Assembly: GCA_013265495.1 (NCBI GenBank) | Contig: MU058198.1 | Coordinates: 818,419 to 882,418, forward strand | DNA from: Vicugna vicugna | Lineage: Eukaryota | Direction: 5' to 3' | DNA length: 64,000 nucleotides | Shown here: piece by piece, positions 50,390 through 63,424 of the stretch | Layout of the letters: every line of letters begins with the position of its first letter | How positions within the stretch are numbered: position 1 is the stretch's first letter | Position numbers and translations under genes: made by a program | Notes under the pieces: generated by a model | What the model was told of the DNA's origin: nothing | Databases searched by the model: none | Seen by the model: only the letters and a program-made list of their open reading frames with translations

Positions 50390-51315
50390 ACTAGCTATAG
50401 AAAACAATATGGCATTTCCTCAAAAAATTAAACACTGGATTACCATATGACCCAGAAATTTGGGTATATGCCCAAAATAATTGAAAATAGGGACTTGAAG
50501 AGATATTTGTACACTTATGTTCAAGCAGCGTGATTCACAACAGCCAAAAGGTGAAAGCAACCCAGGTATTTGTTGGCAGATAAAAGACTAAACAAAATGT
50601 GATTGACCAAACAATGAGATATTCTTCCGCCTTAAAAAAGGACAGAAACAGACTCAGACACAGAAAACAAACTTATAGTTCCCAGGAGGGAAAAGGGGTG
50701 GGAAGGGATAAATTGGAAGTTTGGGATTTGCAGATACTAACTACTATATTTAAAATAGATAAACAGTAAGTTTCTACTGTACAGCACAGGGAACTATATT
50801 CAATATCTTGTAGTAACCTACGGTGAAAAAGAATATGATAAGGGATATATGCATGTGTATGGCTTACTGAAGCATTATGCTGTACACTAGAAATTGACAC
50901 AACATTGTAAGCTGGCTATACTTCCATAAAAAAGAAGGAAATTTTGATGTGTGATACGACAAAAATCAACCTTGAAAATACATTAAGTGAAATAGGTCAG
51001 TCACAGAAGGACAAATACTGTATGATCGCACTAATATGAGGTACCTACTAGTCAAATTTATAGAAACAGAAAATAAAATATTGGTTGCCAGTGACCGAGG
51101 GGAGGAGGCATGGGGATTTATTATTTAATGGCTACAGAGTTTCAGTTTGGGATGATGAAAAGAGTCCTGGAGGTGGATGGGGGTGATGGTTGTACAATAA
51201 TGTGAATGTACTTAATACCACCAAACGGTATGCTTAAAAGTAGTTACTATGGTGAATGGTTAAATGGTAAATTTTATGCTATGTGTATTTTACTACAATG
51301 AAGAATATTTTTAAA
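50390..51315 (+). mobile_element. L1MB-type 3' fragment with a younger L1 3' end nested at ~50640-50935
   Basis: taccatatgacccag..tgggtatatgcccaaa.. interrupted by agactcagacacagaaaacaaacttatagtt..cacagggaactatattcaatatcttgta, then resuming cacagaaggacaaatactgtatgat. Confidence 0.8.
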
Positions 51316-51979
51316 AATCCCACCTATTTGTTAGCTCAGTTCTGTAGGTTATCAGTTCTTTGCTCAGGGTATGACAAGACTGAAATCAAGGTGTCAGCCA
51401 GACAGAGTTCTCATATGGAGGTGCTGGGGGAAAACCCACTTCCAAGCTCATTCTTGTTATTGGCAGAGTTCAGCTCCTTGTGGTTGTAGGACTGAGGTCT
51501 TGATTTCCTGTTGGCTGTCAGCTGGGGTTATCATTTTGTTGTTGTTTTGTTTCGGTTTGGTTTTTTTGGTTTTGCCTAATATGTTTGTAGCTGTCAACAA
51601 TATGTTGTTTAGTTGTATGGATTTCATTCAGAAATTCATTAACTTATTCATATAAATAAATTCATTATATAAATACACTCAAACTGTGTATTTCTCTACA
51701 ACTTGCTTTTCTGTTTTACTGCGTAGAACATTCATATTTGAACACTGCTCTCACTCAGCATTTGGGGCTGTCGCCTCCCCATTCCCTGTCACTTGCTCTC
51801 AGATTCATCCCTGGTTGCTCCCACAGTGAGGTGACACCTGTTGCTTTTACCTCTCCACCACCTCCTAGGCTGGGAACAGCTCCCCCTGAACCACTTCTCA
51901 TAGTGTCCAGTTCCAAGCAGAGGGAATTGTTCCAAAACCCTGAGAGGTAAAGGACTTGGTGTGCTTGGAATTCAGGTAC

Positions 51980-52185
51980 TATGCTGTCCAATAGGATAGC
52001 TACTAGCCACATGTGGCTCTTTAAGTTTAAGTGAATGAAAATTACCTAAAATAAAAAATTTGGCTTCTCACTTGCACTACCCACATTTGAAGTGTTAGCC
52101 ACACATGGCTAAGAGAACCCACGTTAGCAAGTGCTGATCAAGAACATTTCCATTGTCAAGGAAAGTTCTACTGGACAGAACTGGT
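51980..52185. mobile_element. MER33/MER3-like hAT MITE
   Basis: gctgtccaata.gatagctactagccacatgtggct..agaacatttcca..gaaagttctactggacag. Confidence 0.7.
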
Positions 52186-54869
52186 CCAAGAGGACTGAAG
52201 ATTAGTGACCAAGAAGGGAGGCTGGAAAAGGGAGCAGGAACTAGGCCATGCAGACCCTTGGAGTCTTGATGAGGAGTTTGGATTTCAAGTCCAATTGGAA
52301 GTCATTGACAGCTCTTAAGCAAAGGCAGGCATTGCCTGATCTGTGTTTTAAAAGGCTGCTGCGTGGAGAAGCATTCAAGGGGACACAAAAGGAAGTAGGG
52401 TGTAGGGTGAGGGAGAGAAGGGACTGGTTGGGAGGTTTCCAGAGTGGTCTGGACACATGATGATGGTGGCTTGTGTTGAGTTGTAGCAAGGAAGCTGGAC
52501 TGAAATGGGCAGAAGGCGGAACAGACAGGACTTGCTATTGGTGACGATAGGGAGGGAGCTGTGGTGGGCCCCACGAGAGTGGCCTTGCTGACCTCCGGGG
52601 AGTGCGATTGATTCAGGGGCTGACCTCATTCCAAATCGGTGGTTACAACCCTGGATGCAACTCGAATCTTCTGTAGGAGCTGTAAAATATACAAATCAGT
52701 CCCTGCACAGCCCCCCCCTACCCCCGCCTTGGGAATCTAATATAACTGGCTTGCAGGGAGGCCTGGACATCTGTATTATTTTTAAAAGCTCCCCAGGTAA
52801 TTCTTATGTGCATCCAAGGTTGGGAACCACTTTTCTAAATAAAAGCAACACCAAGGAGCACGTGCTGGGTTCCAACACCGTAACTGGAGCAGACGCTGAT
52901 TGGTTTCATGGTACAGTCTGTCATGTACCCCATTGAGAATAATACTTGATGCCTAAGGCCAGAAGTAAGATTTAAATGGCAAAAAAGGTAGCTCAAGGCA
53001 TCAGTGGGTTGAGAGTTCCAGCTTCAGAGGGAGACTGACCTTGGTAATGGCGTTGGCGTCCACAGTCCTAGCACAGTTATCCATGGGAACCGTCGGTGAA
53101 GACAGCTTCACTAGTCATAGGCTAACTATTTTTGACATCAGCAGAAGACACCACTGCAGCTAACAGGAGCAGGAGTGACCGGAGCGGGAGACAGGTAAGC
53201 AATGAGGTCACTGCATTCGACATCGCTTTTGTCTGCCAGCGTTGTTTTCTTGGGGAGAACCCCTCTCTCCCTCCTTCCTTTGCAAGCGGAGTCATCCTTT
53301 ACGGTGCTCCATTTGGCCACTGGCTGGGCCAGTCATGGAATAGCTTTCTCCTGGATTCAGTGATTGGTCCAGAGGTGGTAACATACCAATCCCAGTCCTT
53401 CCAGAAGACTTTTTATCTGGATGCTGCATGAGACAGCATCATTTAGGTCCTTCCTCTGCTAGTTGTCAACTGCTGCATAACAAGTTACTCCAGAACACAG
53501 TACTTCAATAATAATAATATTTATTGTCTTACATACTTTCTGCAGGTCAGGACTTTAGATAGGGCACAGTGGGATGGGTTGTCCCTGTTCTATGATGTCT
53601 GTGCCTTCAGGTGGAAAACTTGAAGGCTGGGGACTAGAATCACCTGAAGACTCATCTCCCCCATTTTTTAAGTTGTTGATGCTGGCTGTCAGCTGAAACT
53701 AACAGGCCACCGTTGTGTGTGAATCTAGCCTTAGGAGGTGGTTGAGTCCACAGACTGGAGTCTAATCGCCCTCACACCACTGGGAAACCAGCCCTTACTG
53801 GGCCGAATTTGCCAGCCCACTCCTGCAAGGTGACTCTCACCGGGACTCCAGAGTCGCTGAACACAGAATAGACTGCTTTCTGATCCTGAGAAGGCAGGAT
53901 GTCATTTAGCCAGCTCGAGAAAGAGTTCAGCCCAAAGATAAACGGAAACCAAATTTGTCTGCCTTTCATCTAAGTCCCAAGGTTGGGGAAAGATCCGGGG
54001 AGTGGGCCTGGTTTATGACATCGAACAGGTTGTTAATTACCTTGAATGGGTCCCACGTGACGCTTTTAAGCACGCAGAATTTGCCCAGGGAGGATGGAGC
54101 GGGCAGTTCGGTTTGGGCCAGGGGCAGGACGTGAGTGAGCTTTTATAGATCCACATCCCCCAGCTCTTCTGAGCTCATCCTTGTGCTGATGAGCCCAGTG
54201 TGGTCAGATCCAAACAGGGAGTGAGATTTCTCGTTCTTCTCTTTTTCACTGTAACTCAGAAGCATTGCAGTGGGGTGCGCTGCAGGGGCCATGATCTCTT
54301 CCCCCGGGTACGTTCTCCCCAAATGCCACTTCTCCAACAATTTGTTTAAGGTAGGTGGCTATGTGATTTATCTGCTGAACTGGGATACGCTGTTAGTACC
54401 TACACTGCGGCAGTGGGTGCAGATGATTTTGCTGGGCAGAGGTGTACCATCATCTTAGGTAATGGTGGCCACGTGCTTGAGAAAAGGTGTTAGAGGAAGT
54501 GGGATGAAAGTCAGACTGGCAGGCACGTAGAGAGGAGAGTTAAAGGGTGGAGGCTTCTGCCCAGGTCCCTATAGCCTGGTGGGAGAACTTGGCCACTCCT
54601 CTGCTGCTTATAGCTTCCAGCCTGCTGACACATCCATGGGATTTAGGGGGAATTGTCTGAAGATGTGGTCATGACATTCCCTGTGTCTTTTTGACTTTTT
54701 AATGGAAGCATCGTGCATATGCAGTAAAGAGAATTCACATATGTTAACGTATGTCTACACCACCAGCCAGATCAAGAATTAGATTCTTCTGGCTGGAACA
54801 TCTGAAGTTCTTTCATCCTGCTGGGAGCAGGGGTTGTGTATTGTGTTCACTTCAGCCTCCAGGTCACAT

Positions 54870-55385
54870 TGCACGAGTTTCCTGTGACTGCTATAACAAA
54901 CCACCACGAAGTTAGTGGCAGAAAACAACACAGATTTATTAACTTACAGTTCTGGAGCTCAGAAGTCGGAAGTGAGTCTCGCTGAGCTGAAATCATGGCA
55001 TTGGCAGGGCTGGGTTCCTTCTGGAGACTCTATGAGAGAGTCTGTTTCTTGCCTTTTCCAGCTAGGCTGCCCAGATTCCTTGGCTTGTGGCCCCTTCCAT
55101 CTTCAAATCAGCAGTGCCCAGGTGACTCTTTCTCATGTAGCACCCTCCCTGACACTCACTTTTCTGCCTTGCTCTTCCACACTTAGAGACCATTGTGATT
55201 CCAGGGGGCCCACCCAGGTAACCCAGGATAACCTCTCCACTTCAAGGTCCACTGTTGAGCAACCTTAATGCCATCTGCAATCTTAATCTGTCTTGTCATG
55301 AAACATAACACATTTATAGATTTTGGAGACTTAGATGTGGACCTCTTTGGAAGAGGGACAGGGGACATTATTCTGGCTACCACAC
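54870..55385 (-). mobile_element. MaLR solo LTR (MLT1D-like)
   Basis: ctataacaaa.caccac..ttacagttctggag.tcagaagtc..gggcccacccaggtaa.ccaggataa.ctc..cattattctg.ctaccaca. Confidence 0.75.
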
Positions 55386-56184
55386 ATGTCTATATTACCT
55401 CTGCACTAATTAGGGGGAAAAATCGACCTCAGATTTGTTTTCATTGTCAAAGGGTCCAGATTCCTGCAAATTTGGAAGGGAGAACTTATGAGCACCAAGC
55501 ACCTCATGTGTGTCTGGCACACAGTTTTGTGATTTCTCAGAGACTGTTTCACATACTCCTTCTGAAGTCCTTGCTGATGGGGGCAAGCGGCTGCAAGGAA
55601 CACAGAAGCTGACTCATAGTGGTCTAAACACAGCGGATTGTTTCTCTCGTAGAAGAGGAAGCCTGGAGGTAGGCAGCTCCTGACCTTGGTTTAGCCCCTC
55701 AGCAGTGTCAGGGCCAGTATTTTTGAGTTCCTTTGGCTTTTCCTAAATGTATGTTGCCTCATGGTCAAAAGAGGGCTGCCCCTGCTCCAGTCATCATGTC
55801 TGTTTTCAGAGCAAGAAGGAGGGAGAAGGAAGGATGGAACCAGCTACAATTGTTTCTTTTACTTACTTGTTTTAAATCAGAAATTCAAAATACCTCTCTG
55901 ACATCTATCTACTTATTTTGGTGTTTGATCACATGACTACTCTCAGCTGCAAGGGAGGCTGGGAAAATAAATATTTGGTTTTTAAATCAGCAAGGGAGAA
56001 AGGAGCTGAGTAGTTAAGCAATTGTGTTCACCACAGTGACATTGTTCCCATTTTTATAGGCCTGACTCCTTGCCTGCCTTACCTGGGATCTCTAAGGCTA
56101 TGAGCAGAGGAGTCCAGCCTCAAATTCCTAAGCTCACATACATTCCACCACCTCATACAGCCTCTGGATGATTTTTTTTAAATT

Positions 56185-56780
56185 AGTGGTTAATTCTTTT
56201 TCTTTATTGAAGTAAAATTCACATAGAGTAACATGCACAGATCTTAACAGTACAGCCTGAGGAATTCTGAAAAACATATACACCTGTGTAACCATCACCA
56301 GAATAAGGTACAGAACATTCACATCACTCCAGGAAGTTCTGTCATGACCCTTTCCAGTTAACCCCTTCCTTCCGCCTCAGAGGCAACAACTATTTGTTTC
56401 TGTTGCCATATCTTTGTTTTGCAGTTTAAAAGAGTTTCATAGAAATGAAATCCTCCAGCCTGTATGCTCTTGTGTTCAGCTTCCCCGCCTCAATATAAAC
56501 AAGGTTTTTGAGATTCATCCCTGGTTGGCACAGACCAATAGTTTGGTCCCTTTTATTGCTGAGATGTATTCCATTGAATGGATGTACCACGATTTGCTTA
56601 TCATTTCTTCTGTTGATGGTCTTTGGGGCTGTTTCCAGGCTGAGCTATTATGAACAAAGCTCTGCGAATGTTCTTGAACAAATCTTCTTGGGGGCACGTG
56701 CTTTTGCTTCTGCTGGATGTACACCTAGGAGAGGAGTTGCTGGGACATACATTTCATGCACATTTACTTTATTAGAAATT
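56185..56780 (-). mobile_element. Old L1M 3' fragment
   Basis: ttattgaagtaaaattcacat..cacctgtgtaaccatcacc..gtattccattgaatggatgtaccac.atttg. Confidence 0.7.
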
Positions 56781-57044
56781 GCTTGGCTGCTTCTTGCTTT
56801 CAGTCCTCCTAGAAGAGGGAGAGATGGGGAAGGCAGGGAGAGGGTCCCAAAAGGGGAAGAGCTTCAGAGACCTCAAAGCAATAAATAAGCCAGGCATCAT
56901 TAGGCACATGTTACCTGGCAGGTTATGAAAATGCATGGTGAGCAAGGCCAAGTGGGGTTGGGGAATGACTCCTCGGTCCCACCCCCTCTTTTCCTTGCAG
57001 GAATGGGGACCTAGTATTGCTGGATATTCTGATTTTAATCTACT

Positions 57045-57365
57045 GATTCTTGACCTTGCTCCCCCATTGGAATCACCTGGGAGCTTTAAAAAAATGCTGA
57101 TGCCTGGGTCTCCCTTGGAGAGTCTGAATGAAAGGGATGGAGTGTGGCCAGAGTATCCGGATTTTTAAAAAGCTCTTCAGGTGGGTCTGATGTGCACCCA
57201 GGGCTGAGAACCACTGTTTTAAAGCAAGTTCTCAAACTTAAAAGTGAAAATGTAAATTCTGGTCCAGAACGTCTGGGGTGGGACCTGAGATTCTGCCTTC
57301 CTGACAAGCTCCCGCTGGGTGCCAATGCCCCTGGTCTGTGGGCCTCACTTTGAGTTGCAGTGTTT
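57045..57365. mobile_element. MER5-family MITE pair
   Basis: gaatcacctgggagctttaaaaaaatgctgatgcctgg..gtgcacccagggctgagaaccactg; gggtgggacctgagattctgc. Confidence 0.7.
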
Positions 57366-60300
57366 AAGGAGGAGTTGCAAATGTGGATTTTTAAAATGGG
57401 AAACCTCCTAATTGGAAAATAAATAAATCTTTGTGCGCACTGAACAAATCTGTAGGCTGGATCTCCCCACGCGCTGCTGGTTAAATCTTTCTCTCTCTGT
57501 GTCTCTTAATATCTCCTTTGCAGGGTCCTATTGTGGCCAGGACACAGGGGTCTTGCGAGGTCTGAGACAACGTCCCTGACTTTCAGGGGCTCAGAATTGG
57601 GTTGGTCTGGAGACAGGGGTGGACGGGAAGGTGGGCAGGCTGCCAGCCTGTTTTGGGACGTGTAATCTGGTAAATGCCTCGGAACAGTGTTCCCCACACC
57701 ACCCCACGCCAATCTCACCCTTAATTGGCATAACTGGTTTTCCTGCAGATGAGAAGAGGCCAGACGAGGTCCAGACAGCTCCCCATCACACCCCGGCCTT
57801 AGGAGCACGCATTTCTCCTCTCCCTTTATCAGATCAAAGTCTTCCATCAAGCTGTCTGGTTCTGTCTTATTCAATTAAATTTTTTAATTCAATTTGACCC
57901 ATGCATTCATCTTCTTTGAAATCTGAGAGACGACAGCATCCACCACAAATTGAGAGTAAATGGTTGAATTAGCTTTCAGAGAGGATTCAACAAGACTGTT
58001 TCTTCCCAGAGACCAACAGGTGCTTTGGAGGCAGCTGGATCACGGGGGAAGCCGGCTGGGGGCATGGGGGTGGGGAGGGGAGTCATAATCACTCTTCACC
58101 TTGGGCTCCTTGGAGAGATGGCCTGGCACGTGTGCCCTGGAGCCAGAGCGTCTGGGATCAAATCCAGTTGGATGATGTCAGGCAAGTGCTTGAAATCTTG
58201 CGCCTCAGTTTCTCCACCTGCAAGACGGGAATGATAACAATGGTACCCAACTCCTGGGGCTGATGGGAGGATTAAGTGCATCCGTTCATGAGAAACACAT
58301 AGAGTGGTGCCTGATGCAAGGTAAGAAGCAGGTGAGTATAAGGCAGTGTTGTCACTGAGCAGTAAACTGTATGCCGCACATTCTCACACTGCGTGGTGGG
58401 ACCACATCACATACCCGTTTAGTTCAGTGGGAGTTAAACCATGCAATTGTGGCCAAAATGTCACCCAGCAGAACAAACCCCAACCAGGTTTTTTCCAGTG
58501 TTTAACTGGAGGATCAGCATTATGTTTCAACGCTGCAGGAAAAACTGGCTGGGGGATGTAGTCCAATAATACTCAGAACCATGCTTACTTTTTGGATATT
58601 ATATGGGCTTTTTTCAAGGTGAATTTTGGATTAAATATGAGGGTTGCTTAAATACTAATTTTCTTTTCCATTTTTCAACTGAATAGCTATGTGATTTTGG
58701 ACTTTACTGTTTGATCCCTGTTCAGCCACATGAGGCAGGCAGGCAGGGTGGGTCTGTAAAAATAACAATAGCACAGCATGCGGTTATGGCTGCAGGTTTG
58801 GGAGTCGGACTGTGTGGGTTCAAATCCCAGCTCTGTCACTTGACTCTCTGAGATACCGTCGAGAAATTAACCTCTTGTGTTTTCATTGCCGCATCAGTAA
58901 GTGGGGATAATTATGATAATAATTAAAACATTATAATAATAATATGCATCTTATAGGGTTGTTTGAAGATTAGATATATTAATATACACAAAGGATTTAG
59001 AACAGTGCTGGGCAACTGTGCTTCATAAATGTTCGTTAAAAGTCATAGCAGGAGTAATAAAATGATGATTTGTGCCAAACCCTGTGTCATGCATTTGGTA
59101 CCTGTTACTGCATTTGGACCTAGTAGGTGATGCAGTGGTCATGGTCCCACAGCCACAGAGCCAGCTCTATTGCCCATGGGTGCCTCTAGTCTCAGCTGGC
59201 ACCCTGCCAGAATGCATTAACGACGTAAGCCCGTCCCTTCTAAGGGTATACACTGGAACTGTGTATGTGCAGGGCACTGTGCTAAAGGCATCATCTTGGT
59301 CTTTTTCACTGCAACTCTGGGAGGCAGGCCCTGTCATTAACTCACTTCCATATAGAGAAATGGAGGCACAGGGGCCGGGGTCTGTGGGGTCCCTTTCTGG
59401 AGTCCTGGCACCCATCCTGTGTCTGTTGGGTATATGTGTCTGCAGGATGAAAGATGACTTCGGCTTCTGGGACTAATGAGTGGTCTGTTTCATCCGACAT
59501 GGGACACGGTAGGGAAGAGCTGAGCAGAGTTTTGAGGGGAACACGCACGGAGGAGCCCCCGCCCTCCCCAGCAGAGGCTGGCTGGGAACTTCACCACGCA
59601 CTGTCTCGCTGTCTGTGAGCGCTGACGGCAACTTCTGACAGAAATCCAACGAGACAGCACAGTGGTGATTAGTCAGTCTCACCCTGAGGTGTCTGATCCT
59701 GGGTGAGCCCAGCTGGAGGATGTCTGGGGCCCCCCACCCAGAGACGCTGGGCTTCTTGCAGGGCTGGGGAGCAGGGGGGGGGGTGTGTGTGCGCGCGCGC
59801 GTGTGTGTGTGCATGTGTGTGCGTGCCCACAAGTGCAGGCAGGCGTGTGTGTGGTGGGGACACGAGCAGGGAAAGATCTTGGATGCTACCAGATGAGTTT
59901 GCCTACGACCTTCACGTGACTTTCACTTTGGCCTTGGGAAGAGGCGCCTTGTGGAGCATTTGTGGAGTTTGTGTGTGAGGATATGGAAAAGGCAGGCTCT
60001 AAGCTGGATTTGTACCCTACTCAGTCACCTCGGACAACCTTGAGACCATGGTGGTCTTCACGAAAAGCCACTTTTGAGCCTGTGATGGGACTGCAGGGGG
60101 CTGAGGAGGTGACGAGAGGGGAGGGAATATGCGTAGATCCCTGCTCTTTGAGCGCCTTGTTGCAAAGGGGCAATGTGCCTTGTGGTTTTAATCTGCATTT
60201 CCCCCGTCACTGACGAAGCTGCGCCCCCTCCCGCACATTTGATGGGACATTCGGATAACCCAGATGTTGCAGTTTAAATGGTGAGTGCGGGGAGAGCCTC

Positions 60301-61421
60301 ACCAAGGAGGTGACACCTGAGCCCAAATGTGGAGGACACGAGGGAGAGGACTCAGGAGAGAGGGAAGGGGGTGGGGTCTGGGCCCACAGGGGCCTTGGTC
60401 CTGCATGGGAGGATGGGGTGGGCACAAGACGCGCATCAGCTTCTTTAATCTTCCCAAACGCTGGACTGAGATCAGAGAGGTTAAGTGACTTGCCTGAGGT
60501 CATATAGCTAGCAGGCAACAGCTGGATTTGAACCCAGAGCCACCACCACAGAGCTTAAGCCCATGCAGCATCGGGCAGACCACCCAGTTCCCTACAGAAG
60601 GGCAGACTCCCACCAAGTTAGTGCTCAGGGATCCACTGCATGCTGAGGTCTGGGGAGCTCTGTGCTGAATGGAATTCTAGAAAGCAAGCACTTGAGCCCA
60701 AAGGACTGTTTGTGCCAACAAATTGATTTCTTTATGTCCTCATGCTGCTGGATTACAAGAAACGAGCCAGGCCCACTGCCGCCCCAGGGAGTCCCTGGGG
60801 AGGTTTTTGGAGGCTTCCGTTGCCAAGGCAACCCAGGCCACCTCTGGGAGTGCCTGGTCCTGCAGCACTCCTGTCTGCCTGGTCCCAGCTGGCTGTCTGG
60901 ATCTCGGCCAGTCTTTCCTGCCATCCTTTCTAGCAGGAGTAGGAGGTGGAGCAGAGTGAGAGAATTCAGGATTTCCCTGTGACGAGGCTCCGTCCAGCGC
61001 TTGCTCACTCCTCTAGGTAAAGCCCTGCATCAGCTCCCATGTCACCCACAAGACCTGCATGATCTGTCTTCCCATTGCCTCCCTGGACTCATCACTTGTC
61101 ACCCTCTCCTTGCTCAGTCTAGTCTCCTCACTGATCCTCAACATTCCAATCCTACTCCCACCCCAGGGCCTTTGCACTTGCTGTTCTCACTATTCTAAAG
61201 GCTCTGTGCTCAGATTTTAGCCAGGCTCATGCCTTCATCTCCTTCCACTCTTTACTGGAATGCTGCCTTCTCAGCAAAGACTTGACAGATATTTCACATT
61301 GTAGCCCCATCTTTCCCACCCTCATTCCTTACCATATTTTCTCCTGTATATTCAATAGGTAATATACAATCTGGTTTACTTTTTTCTTGCTTACATCCTT
61401 GTCCTCTAGGGCAGGCAGCCT

Positions 61422-61912
61422 CTGTGACATCCCCCAGTGGTTCCTTCCTCCTGGTATTCATGCCTTTGTATAACCCCTGCTCATTGAGTAACTTGCTTGT
61501 AGCCAGTTACTCAGTGGCTACAATGTAGCCACATTGGGGAGGTCAGTTCTGTGATTAGATTCTGACTTTTGTCTTAGTAGCCGACTGTCTCTCTATTGCC
61601 TGCTCAGCTGGCATGCTTTGATGAAGCCAGTAGCCATATGCAGCAAGGACCTGAGGCCCTCAGTCCAACAACCTCCCAAGTTGCTGAGTCCTGCCAACAA
61701 CCATGTGGGCTTGAAGCACATCCTTCCCCTTCAGATGAGACCCCAGCCTGGATGACACATCAGTTACAGCCTGTGAGAGACCTTGAACAGAGGAGCCAGC
61801 GAAGTTGTGCCTAGACTCCCTGACTCACAGAATTTACAGGAAAAGAAGTGTGTGATGTTTTAAGGTGCTACGTTTTATGGTAATTTGTTACACAGCAGTA
61901 GATTACAAATAC
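61422..61912 (+). mobile_element. MaLR solo LTR (MLT1E/F-like)
   Basis: ctcctggtattcatgcctttgtataacccc..gaggccctcagtccaaca..cagcctgtgagagacc..ggtaatttgttacacagca.taga..aataca. Confidence 0.7.
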
Positions 61913-62419
61913 ACTCCCTTCCTAGAAGGTAAACTCCGCATTCTTGTTAAGTTTGTCTGTGACTTCAGTGCCTGAAATCCAATGGACACTTCTCAGTCTA
62001 TCTTTTGCTTGACCTTACATGAGAGGCCTCTATCCTGCCCTGCAGGCCTGGCCCTTGGGTGCTTCCCTGCCCGGCTGGCCAGCTGCCCCCACAGTGAGCA
62101 GAAAAGCATCTGGACACAGACTATAAGCACTTGCTGGCGACTTGCTTTCTGAAGGACTGTCTGTTCCATCTGGAGAGAGACTTTCATGACATCACTTGTT
62201 TGGGATACTGGGGTGTGTCCATAGGAGAGGGACTAGACAGAGAGGAACACATCACCTTCCTTAAGAAAATCAAGCCCCGGCCCCCGCTGGAGGGGGAGTC
62301 CCTGTGTAGGGAGGGTCAGCTTTCGTTTTCCTAGCTCTTGTCCTTGGAGATCTCTCTCTCCGGTGGCTTCTGAAGGCTGTGGTCACGTGGCTGGATTCAA
62401 AGGTGACAGTGGCCCCCTA

Positions 62420-62920
62420 TTTTTTAAAGCAGCTTTATTGAGGTTTCATGTATATACCATAAAGCTTATCCATTTTAAGGGTACAATTCACTGATTTTTA
62501 CCAATTGTACAGTTGATAACCATCATTAAAATTCAGTTTTAGGTCATGTTTACCATCCCCAAAGATCCTTTATGCTTATTTACAGTTAATCCTCCTCCTC
62601 ACCTCCAGCCCCAGCCACCACCAGTGTACTTACTCTCTGTGTCCCCAGATCTGCCTTTTGTGGACATTTCATATAAATGATGTCACACGGTTATGTGTCT
62701 TTTCTGCATCTGGCTTCTTTCACTCAGAATAATGTTTTGGAGATTCATCCATGTTGTAGCACGTCTCAGTGTTTTGTTCTTTCTGAATTGCAAATATTTA
62801 TTTCTCTAATCACCCCCTGATGGGCACTTACATCACGTCCTCTTCCCGGTCATTATGAATGGCGCTGCTGTGAACATTTACGGGAAGTCTCTGTGGATAT
62901 ATGTCTTCATTTCTTTTGAG
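62420..62920 (-). mobile_element. L1MB-type 3' fragment
   Basis: cagctttattgagg..cattttaagggtacaattca..tggacatttcatataaatg..tggcttctttcactcag. Confidence 0.75.
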
Positions 62921-63238
62921 TTTCTAGCTCGGAGACCCTATTCCTCATACCCCTGGGTAGTGTGGCTGAGATGAGGCTGGAATATTTGGGGGTAGGTTTT
63001 ATAAATTCTCAGCAATGTTCATAAAGACAGAGATGTGGAGGGAGACCGACCTCGGTTTCTCTGATTGCAGAATGATGTTCTCGAACACTTGACCTGACCC
63101 CACTTCCCCTCCCTCAAGGCATCACACCCTGGTGTTAAGAGTGAGCTTGGGAGCTGGTCTGTCTGGGTTTCAATCCCAGCTGTTTGACTGTGGGCCAGTG
63201 ACACTGTGCCTCTGTTTCCTCATCTGTGAAATGGTACT

Positions 63239-63424
63239 TCCCTACTCCCTTTTTAAAAAACATTATTTACTTTTTGTGTGTGTGTTTGCTTTGTTTTTTG
63301 TTTGGCAGGGGAGGTACTTTGGTTTACTTATTTACTTATTTATTTTAATGGAGGCACTGGGGATTGAACCCGGGACCTTGTGCATACTAAGCACGCACTC
63401 TATGGCTGAGCTCTACCCTCCCCG
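63239..63424 (-). mobile_element. Vic-1-type tRNA SINE with 15-bp TSD, inserted into a MIR
   Basis: TSD ctgtgaaatggtact at 63224-63238 and 63425-63439; body ggggattgaacccgggacct.gtgcatactaagcacgcactcta..gagctctaccctcccc. Confidence 0.88.
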
